A program made the translations under genes and the position numbers. The notes under the pieces are model-generated. The model did not search any database, was not told the origin of the DNA, and worked only from the letters and a program-made list of their open reading frames with translations. 64,000 nucleotides of DNA. It comes from Lama guanicoe. Taxonomy: Eukaryota. The stretch spans positions 1,116,001 to 1,180,000 of the forward strand of contig MU053881.1 of assembly GCA_013239625.1 (NCBI GenBank), given 5' to 3'. Positions 55,090 to 64,000 of this stretch are shown here, in pieces (position 1 is the first letter of the stretch; each line of letters starts with the position of its first letter).

Positions 55090-57410
55090 ACACCATCAAG
55101 AAAAAACATCACAAAAGGGTTTAAAAAAGGAGGGCGTGGTGGATTGAGAAATAAACTTTCTTAGACAAGCAAAAAATTCATTACCAGCAGAGCTGCCCTG
55201 CAAGAAATGACAGAAGTTCTTCAGGGAGAAGGAAAATAATACAGGTCAGAAACTTGAATCTACATTAAGGAAAAGCAGCAAAGAAGGAATCAAGTGAAAA
55301 TAAAATCGTTTATTTGCCTTATTCTTAACTGATCTAAAAGGTAACAGCTTAAAGTAATAATAACAACGAACTGAGTGATGACAGCATATGAGGGGTAAAA
55401 CGAGTGACAGCAAGGTCACGAGGGATGGGTGGGAGGGACGGGGACTGCTCTGTATCTGTAACACCCAGGAAGCAGCATGGTGTTACTTAAAGGTGGACTT
55501 AGATTAGTTGTAAATTTAGACTGCAAACTGCAGGGCAACCGTTAAATTTTCTTTTTAAAAAAAGAAGCACTACTGACATGCAGAGACAGTAGAAAGACTT
55601 GTGGTTGGCAGCGGTTTGGAGTAGGGCAGGGGAAGAGGGCTAAACGGGTGAAGCAAAGGGATCATTTTAGGGCAGTGAAACCATTCTGTATGCTACTGTA
55701 ACGGTGGATACGTGACACTCTGCATTTGTCAAAACCCAGAGAAATTTACAACACAGAGAGTGAAACTTAATGGATGCCAATTTAGAAAGCTCATTTCCAA
55801 TGCTAGAGGGTCCCGGAATGGAACACAGAGTGTGACAGACAGTCTACATACAGTACAAACGTACGGCCCAACCTAGTGAAGGAGGTGGTAGGAGAGGTGC
55901 TGACCTTCCTAACTGTGGAAATGAGTGGGGTCTGTGAGACCAGCGGGACCGCGCAGAAGCACTGCACCCTGGCTGACAACGTAGACTCCCAGCGGGGTAT
56001 GAGCTAACAGTTCAGATACTGCTACCCATGTAGCCTGGAACTGAAGGGTTAACGTCATCGGCTGGCAGACGGGGGGTGGGGGTGGTGGTGGGGGGCTAGG
56101 TTTCTCACTGCTGTTGGAGCGGGAAGTTACAGATAAGGAAAGAAAGGAGGTTAGAACAACCCATGTGGCACGAAATCAGAGTTGGAGACATCAGTATGAA
56201 TACTTAGCTTAACATACATACAGGTGGTTACCTACAGAAATACACATACAGACGGTTTTATCCACATACATATATAAAACCGTACACCTAGATGGTTACT
56301 TACAGAAATGTTTAGACACACACACACATACACATGAGTTTCCTCTATCAGCTGAGAGGGTCTAAAAGCAAAGACACCCCAGCAGCAATGAGTAAACATA
56401 AGGCCCGGATCTTGCTTCTAACACCCTTCTCCAAGGAAAAATACCAGGGCTACTGGAGAAAGAGCTGATTTTGGTACTGGGCCAGGGAATACACAAAATC
56501 AGCCGAAGGCATCGCGCAGTGCCAAAAGTAAGGAAGTGCTCCAAAAACAAAACCAAACCCACACGCTGACAGGGGTCTGTCAAAGGGACAGAGGAACAAA
56601 CTGAAAGAGCTCCCAATGGCCAAAGCTGGAACAATTTGAGCAACAAAATAAAGCAGTATTAGATTATAACCCGAAATAGAAAATACGGATCTATGAGCCC
56701 ACACTAATAAAAACAATGAGGGAGAAGCAACAACCTTCTGTACAGAATTTCAAATAACTTATGTCGATTCTCTGCCCCCAAGGAGGTGGAGCATCATCCC
56801 TGCTCCTTGTGGGTGGGCCGCACACAGTGACTCCTCCCCACAGAGGATAGGGGGGCAGATGGAAAAGGAGAGGACGTTTGCAGTGGAGAATCCTGCCAGG
56901 TGCCATAAGGTCATCACCAACAGTGATAGGTCATTTATCAGTATGTCATTTTGATGACTACCTCTGTAGCTTTCCTCCCCAAATCCATAATGCCATTAAG
57001 AAAGATATCAGGCAAATCACATTAGATGAATATTCTATAAAATATTTAACCAATACCCCTCAAAACTGTCATGATCATCAGAAACAAGGAAAGTCTGAGA
57101 ACCAGAGAACCAGAAGGAGCCTAAGAAAACATGACAACTACATGTAACATGGTGACCTGGATGGGACCCAGGAACAGAGAAAGACTTAAGCTAAAAACTA
57201 AAGAAATATGAATAAAGTATGGACTTTAGTTAATAATAAGGTATCAACATTGGCTCATTTAATTGTAACAAATGTTTCATAATAATGCAAGATGTTCATA
57301 ATAGCGAAAACTAGGTGAGGGGTACGTGGTAACTATGTACTTACATGGTAAGTACGGTACTACCTTTGAACTCTTTCTCTAAATCTAAAACTGTCTCCAA
57401 AAACTAATTT
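55090..57410 (+). mobile_element. L1MC/L1MD fragments
   Basis: ccattctgtatgctactgta...gcatttgtcaaaaccc; ggactttagttaataat...aattgtaacaaatgt...taaatctaaaactgt. Confidence 0.75.
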
Positions 57411-58119
57411 AAAAAAAATAGTGACAATACCAAAAACAGGTACTGATTTACTGCAAAAAAAAGTTAACTGACAAACTATAGCTATAAAGCAATCAGCACC
57501 AAGCCCTACGTATCTTTCCCCCACAAGATAAATTACATGTTATATGCAAATAGAATAGAATAAGGACTATTTGTAAAATCTGCGAGTATCCTGCTTCTTC
57601 CAAAAATTATGTTTGTTTTATTTTTCTAACAGACAGCAGAGAGAAATTCCCCTCTCAGGACCTTCAGTGAGGAAAGAAGGTGAGATTGAACACTGCCACT
57701 GATGGGACTCAAATGGGGTAATGAGACCTGTGATGGGGTCCCCTGGGGTCTCTAAGAGACTTAATGATCGAAGGGTTAGATACTGAATTAGTGGTCCACA
57801 AAATCTGGCTCTGAGGTGCAAGCATACTTCTCTCCCTCTTCCTTGAGCTAAACTCAAGTCAGCCTCTCCAGCCTGGGGGTGTGAGAAAGCTCACGACAGG
57901 GACGAGCCCTACTCTAGGCAGAGGGTGGCCCAGGTCACAGCTGCGTTTTGCTTTGCACTGCATTTTGCTGGTTTTATATTTTGGTTACCTGAAACACCCT
58001 GAACGCTGCTTGTAATTAAAGAATCGAAGGAAAACCTAGCCTAGTGAGGAGAGATGTACCAAATTCAGCAGGTCCTAAAATAATGCTGTTTCTGCTGTTA
58101 CTAAAGTCGTGACAGCTGG

Positions 58120-58400
58120 CATTTACTGAGATTTGATATGTACCATGCACTGCTCTCAGCACTTCACATAGTCTGCCTCAGAGCATGTGAACTGTACAGA
58201 CTGTCTCGTCTGGGTTTCAAAACCCAGCTGTATGACCTTGATTAAGTTACTTGCTGCTCTGTGACTCAGCCTCCTCGTCTGTAAAATGCAGATATTAACT
58301 CTCCTCTTGTAAGGATTAAATGAGGTATGTATACTACTAACCACACTTTCAAATGAGGAAAAGAGGCAGAGAGAGAAAATAATGTGCCTGGTCCCATGTC
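58120..58400 (-). mobile_element. MIR fragment(s)
   Basis: tgtatgaccttgattaagttactt...ctcagcctcctcgtctgtaaaatg...aggattaaatgag. Confidence 0.7.
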
Positions 58401-59472
58401 TAGCTTGCATGCAAACTCGTGAAACCAACTTTCAGAGTCCACATTTTCACCCTCCGGGCTAACGCTGCTTTGTAGACAAGCAGGAAGTGTCAACAGAATG
58501 GAAGGAAGCTGGTGTTGGGGGAAAGACAGGACTTTCGTGGGGAATATTTCACAAGGTTTGGGGAGTGACAGACTGGATCTCTAGGGAAAAGTTCAGGCTT
58601 GAGGACAGAGATTTGAGAAAGAGCCTCAGAAAGGAGAGGGTTAAATAATGAAAACAGATCTCAAGGAGAAAGAGCAAGAAACAAGAGCCCAGGAGGGGAG
58701 TGTGAAATAGCAGGGAAAAAACAATCAGAGGAGACAGAGGCACCAGTCAGGCAGATGAAAGGGGCTTTTGGACAGTTTAACATCACAGCTGCATGAAGCA
58801 GACAATCTCCCAAGAGAGGGGGAGCCCTCTGCCCTCCCCACTGCCGGCTTCAGGGCCCGGGCCAAGCTACACTCCTTCTGGGTTGCCCACCAGTATCAGG
58901 CCTGCCCTTCAGTATCAGCTCAAAGTAACTCCACTGCTTGGATCTTTCCCCTGAATCTTTCTGGACGATTGATCATCTCCTAAGATCAGTACCATGAACT
59001 CCTTGAAGACAGAAATAACACCTTTCCTCTCTGTACCTCCAGTGCCCTGCACAGTATCCTGTACACTGTCAGTGCTCAATAAATGTTTGTTGAGGGTGTC
59101 TTCTGACCTTCCCTGGCTTAGCCCCAAATGACACTGTATCATCTGTGAAGACAAAGCCTGCCTAATACCCCATACTCCACACCAAACACTTACTCCATCT
59201 GGAAGCCTATGTTCACAATTGACTTAATCTTTGGTCAAAATGAGTTTAGGGTGAATTAAGAGTGACCTGTGTCTGAGGTCTGAGGACAGAGGACACACAT
59301 TCCTCAGTGACCCCTTGATAAATCCAGGATCATGGGGAAAAATCTAAGAGGGTCTGAATTCTCCATAGTTACCACTGTAAGGTAAAGTATCTGGACAAAG
59401 GATGGAAATACATCCACCATCTCTGAACCCAGGAGGCAATTCATGAAAAAGACAAAATTCACTTACTGTCAC

Positions 59473-59499
59473 CTGAGAAGGCAGGAAATCCAGTGCCAT
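59473..59499 (-). CDS. ZNF354C: ZNF354C first coding segment MALDFLPSQ (whole exon ~59473-59554 including 5' UTR)
   Basis: Acceptor ttttttcctctgcag| at 59555, agaATGG Kozak context, CAG|gt phase-0 donor; similar to recalled human MAVDLLSAQ. Confidence 0.85.
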
Positions 59500-59569
59500 T
59501 CTTTCCTTCTCAGTTTTCCCGTCAAGGGAGAGCAGAATGCTTGACAAGGTAGATCTGCAGAGGAAAAAA

Positions 59570-60177
59570 AAAGGTGTCATGAAGAACTCTGGTGTCAAGG
59601 GATGGCTTGGAAAAAGGACGTTACAGCCACCCATAATGTCTATCATGTCCTGACAAAGCCACCCACGTCAATGACGCAAACCAAGTAAAAAAGCCAATGA
59701 AGCTCTAAGACAGTTTGCCCATCTCCACCTCCTCCTTGTATTAACCATACTGCTAATTTCTATAAATGATGCTTTCACATCCGCCTGGGGTCTATTAGCT
59801 GCGTCTAAGCAGACTGACTCACCATAGGTATCTGGAGTCCTTAAGGGAATTTTAAACTACACGCTCAAACAGTCACAGCAAACATGAGATTCCTGGGCTG
59901 CCACTTTCAAACACAGCCAACTGGTCCTAAGCCCGTTTGCCCTGCCTCACCCTCTCCTTCCTGAAGAAACGACAATAAAGGTGCTTCCCCACATTCGCCC
60001 TCTCTTTCTCTGCCTAATGTCAGGCCCAGCTGCTCCCTCTGAGGGGCCCTGCCTGGAGTGCTGTGTTCTCTCTAGGGAACTGTGAGTAACCTCTAACCTG
60101 TGAACTTTCTCACCCTCTTTCTTTCTCCCTTTTTCTCTCTCTGCATCTAGCCTTACCATAGCTGTCCGAGGTAACAC
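59570..60177 (+). mobile_element. ERVL-type solo LTR in ZNF354C intron 1
   Basis: gaaacgacaataaaggtgcttccccac, agggaactgtgagtaac, ends gtaaca; left boundary approximate. Confidence 0.55.
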
Positions 60178-60799
60178 GGTTAAAATACTCTCTCACACAC
60201 ACGCACACACATGCACGACGTACGCCAGATAGGTTGCCACTCCTAATCACAAATTCCAAGAGCGCCACCTATTATAGCATCCACAGCTCCAAACACAAGC
60301 CCCAATTGGGAGAGAAGGTGGGAGGAGCAGCCAGACCAATGGCAGAGAAGAGCCTTGGCCACGGCTGCCTGCGCTGGCTGCCTGGGTTTGCAGCGGGCTC
60401 TGCGGGGACGGCGGCCGGCAGGAGGCTCAGCGCGCCGAGGGCGCTGCGTGGTCCCGGGCCGGGAGAGGGAAGCTGCCGCAGCAGTACCGTAGATGCGACG
60501 CACACCTTCTCCCTGCTAGGCGTCTTGCGTGCTTTACATATAATACTTAATCCTCACAGCGACTCTAAAGTTACTGCTTCCCCATTTCACAGATGTGAGG
60601 GAGTCTGAGAACCGGGGAGTCTACTGACTTGCCCAGAGAAACAAAATCGGTTAGTAGTAGATTCAAAAGGGGACTCATGGTCCGAGTCCAGGGCCCCAGT
60701 TAAATGTGGCAACTTACCTGTCCAGTCTGTGTCTCACTTTCTTTCCCTGTAATAGGAGGACGTGCACAGCCGACCCCCGTTATCAGGGTGAAACGAGTT

Positions 60800-61530
60800 A
60801 GCTCGTCCGAGGCGCCCGGCAAGAGCCTGGCGCACCGAGGCTCTCTATGGGCGCCAGCTGTTGTGTTTATTATCTGTTTCACTTACAAGTTTCAGGGAAG
60901 ACGGCCCCTTGAGACTCCCCCGCAACACACACACAGCAGTCCCAGGCACGCCCCACCTCACCTGGCAGGTGCGCTGCGACCCCGCGCGTGTCCCGGGGAC
61001 CAGCGATGTCCAGCCGCGCGCACCGGACCGCCTCCTGACGCACCGGCCCGGCCCCGCACACCCCCCCGGCCAGACGGACACCCGCGGGGCCTCCGACCGC
61101 CACCACGAAGAGGCAGCAGGGAGCTTCTCGGTCCTAGGCAGGCCGCCCTAGCAGAGCTGGGATCACCCGTACCCAGAACCCCAAGAAGGCCGCTGGAGCC
61201 TTCCCCGCCGCCCCGCGAACCCCAAGAACTACGACTCCCGGCTTGCCTCGGGCCGCGCGCCGCCTACACTTCCCAGGGGGCGCCGGGGCGCGGCCACTTC
61301 CGGGAGGGAGGCGAGCGCTTTCCCGTCCGGGGAGCCCTCCGTCCCGCTGTCCCGGTCGGGCAGCGAGGCCAGGGCGCGCGCACGGGGAGAGCCAGGTGGG
61401 TGCTTTCCTCCGGGTGCTCGCTGCCCAACTCAGCCGCCTGGCTTGTTTCGTTAGGCAGGCAAAACTATTTGAAAAAAACAATCCTGAATTTTGACGTCTT
61501 TAGGAGGGTCCATGCGCCGTAGAGCCCACC
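60800..61530. promoter_or_regulatory. CpG island promoter of ZNF354C with ZNF143/THAP11-type (ACTACA/SBS) and ETS motifs
   Basis: Dense CpG; aactacgactcccggcttgcctcg 61227-61250, cctacacttcccagggggcgcc 61263-61284, cacttccgg 61295-61303. Confidence 0.85.
60962..61290 (-). other. ZNF354C: Probable non-coding exon 1 of ZNF354C (TSS approximate)
   Basis: CAG|gtgagg donor at 60961 on the minus strand within the CpG island. Confidence 0.5.
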
Positions 61531-62751
61531 GGCTAGTTTTATTTTTTAAAAATTATTTTAATGTGTACCCAGAAGATAATGTATGCATAGGTGCCGTTTA
61601 ATAATAAAACGAATACCCACATACCCTACACTCTGCTTACAAAAGAACCTGACCAGGATTTTGGAAGACTTGTCCAAACGCTTCCCTAAATTGTGGAATT
61701 TATATACTCTAGACTGTGTTAATTCCCTTGCTGAACCTGATGAGTACCTTATATGTATGTGTCCCTAAAACAGCAAGTGTTTACTTTTGCAAGGTTTTTG
61801 ATCTTTGTGTAAACAGAATCTGGTATATGTTCTTCTGATTTAAATGCTCGACATGAACAAGTTCACCACCTTTTTTTTTTTTTTTTGGAATGGGAATGCT
61901 CACTCACTTTTATTTCCATACCGCTTACATTTAAAGCCGTTTTTGGTTGACGTTGGGCAAAATTAACCTCACACTTCCCCTGTACCTCCGGCTACCCCAT
62001 CGCCCCCTTCCTGGGATGAGGAGAGCTTCCCCCAGCCTCACTCACATCCTGCACCACAGGGGTATGTTTCTTTCCCTGGGTGAACATACGTTATGTTCAC
62101 CTGTCTTGATACACGTGAAGTTCATTCATTTTCACTGTTGTAAAAGATTCCATTATTCATTCATTTAACAAACATGTATGTGGCTTTCTGATAGATTTTT
62201 TAAAAGCAGGTGTCCTGAGGTGGGAGCATGCCTGGTCTGTTCAAGGAACAATTAAGAATACAGTTGCTGAAACAGAAATAAGGAGGGAAAGAGAAGCAGG
62301 GGATCAGAGGCAAGAGGGCTAGAATTTTAGGCTCTTATTGGTCGTTATGTCACTGGATGTTGCTCTGGAAGCGAATGCTTTGTACATGGAAGAGACACTC
62401 ATGTCATTTTTTTCAGTGATCACTCTGCTGTGCTGAGAATAAACTAAAGGGTCAAAGGAAGAAGTACAGAGATGAGGACTAGTTAGAAGACCATTACAGT
62501 AAGTGTGAGTGAAGACAGCAGTTTGGAATGAATAGAAGTTATGACAAGTGGTTGGAAAAACTCAAAATTCAAAATATGGAAAAGATGAAGATATTATGAA
62601 CATTGCAATATCCTGTTTTTCAACTATGAAGTGTATCTATACTTTTAAAACAGTCCTGGTAATTATATTACATTTTAAAAAAAAGATATTCTTTATGACC
62701 TATTTTTCTGGTTATAAAAATTAAGAATTACCTTCTCTCTTGACTTTCTTT

Positions 62752-63087
62752 TGTTAACCTAAAACAAACAGGCTGCCAGTTATTTCTCCAGCAAAAATGG
62801 GTTTATTCAGGATAAACAAAGAATCGCAATCTGGGGTCTGCAAATGCGGTTGTGCAAGTCCCCAGCAAAAATGGAGAGAACTCTTTTAAAGAGGGGGCAA
62901 AGGAAGATGAGAAGGCTATAAACAGAAAGTTCTTTTTCATTGGCTGAGTCCAGACAGTCTCTCATTGGCCGCGCTGGTGCCGGAGGACGAATGCCCTTTT
63001 CCTGCAGGGCTCTTCCTGTTGTGGGGTGAGCGCGCCCCCTGCTGTCTCCCGTCCCTATTTGAGGTTTCTGTTTATTAAAGTTTTATA
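62752..63087 (-). mobile_element. ERV1-type solo LTR upstream of ZNF354C
   Basis: Starts tgttaacc, 4-bp TSD cttt (62748-62751 and 63088-63091), antisense AATAAA (gggtttattc). Confidence 0.65.
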
Positions 63088-64000
63088 CTTTATACATTAA
63101 ACCAAGTGCAATTTTATTTTACTCACTGTCCCAGGTAAAATTTTAAAAATCTGAGCTAATAGGCCATGACTACTAGTATCTAACTGTAGTACTTCCATAT
63201 TCCCTTTTCTTTCTCAGATATGAATTTTGGCCATTCCCTTGAGTTTTATCATTTTTGTTTTTAAATTTATATTTAACTGGTTTCTTTATTGATCATGTCT
63301 ATACCAACTTTATTTTCTCTTTTGAGAGACTTGGCATTTCTGTTTCTTTTTCACACTGTCCCTGCCTAGTTGTCATCTGTGCCCTCTCAGTTACTCTGTG
63401 GGCCTCTTGTACTTAGTTTTCTGGAGAAATCTGAGGCCAATATGCTTTTTCTCCTCTTGTTGGTAAGCTTGTTTATTTCTCCACATTGACTTTATAAATC
63501 TCCACCCTGCCCTCCTTGTTTCCTGTATCTTTAAGTATTTCTATTTTTTTGCCCCTGTATCTAGCAATTTGGTCTTTTCCATTATTTTGTCTGAGATACA
63601 AAGAAAGGCTAAGGCACTGTCTGTCCTATTTTTTTTTCTCCTTTATTAAACTCTTATTCTTGGCGTGTGGCTTTCATGACAATGTGAAGATCTTACATTT
63701 TAATTCTTTGTCCTTTCCTCCATTTCTGGGAGAAGCCTTCAAATTTATCTTCCAAGCTTACAGAATCCAATTTATAAAGTGATTATTCTTTCACTTTCTC
63801 TTTCTAATGTAGTTTATTCTTTAAAAAGAAATGACCATCTGCTTTATTTGAAAAAATGTCTACACTGCATACAGCATCCATGACATAGTAAGAAACCCAC
63901 TGTCCTGACCCAGCAGGCCCCTTGGGTCCATGGTGGTGTAACTGAAGGCAAACTGTTTCTTCCCTTCCTTGCTTCCTCCCTCCTCTCCATCCTCTTTCCT

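Noticed and set aside
60704..61522. 272-aa + strand ORF across the promoter
   Set aside because: CpG-island composition artefact starting in MIR-like sequence; no coding features

Overview
Mammalian genomic DNA, most likely a camelid (four tRNA-derived Vic-1-like SINEs). Two genes face each other tail-to-tail. On the + strand is the 3' part of ADAMTS2 (procollagen I N-proteinase): 16 coding exons (human-equivalent exons 7-22, 699-39657) with consistent GT-AG junctions and phases, followed by a ~3 kb 3' UTR. On the - strand is the complete KRAB-C2H2 gene ZNF354C (CpG-island promoter ~61.3 kb, coding exons 59499 to 48388). Introns hold SINE, L1, L2/MIR, ERV LTR and DNA-transposon remnants. No prokaryote-type system (CRISPR etc.) is present. 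Best candidate novelties: (1) a putative alternative terminal exon in ADAMTS2 intron 21 (...SS-NKTM*, with its own double AATAAA) that would give a PLAC-less isoform lacking the miR-29-site-rich UTR; (2) RGE in place of the ADAMTS2 RGD motif; (3) three separate divergences in ZNF354C (dead first finger, frameshifted C-terminus, KRAB MLENY to MLDNF); (4) an orphan poly(A) retrocopy inside an LTR; (5) a young solo LTR with an inverted partial copy between the convergent genes. Ortholog comparisons and repeat-family names come from memory, not from a search.
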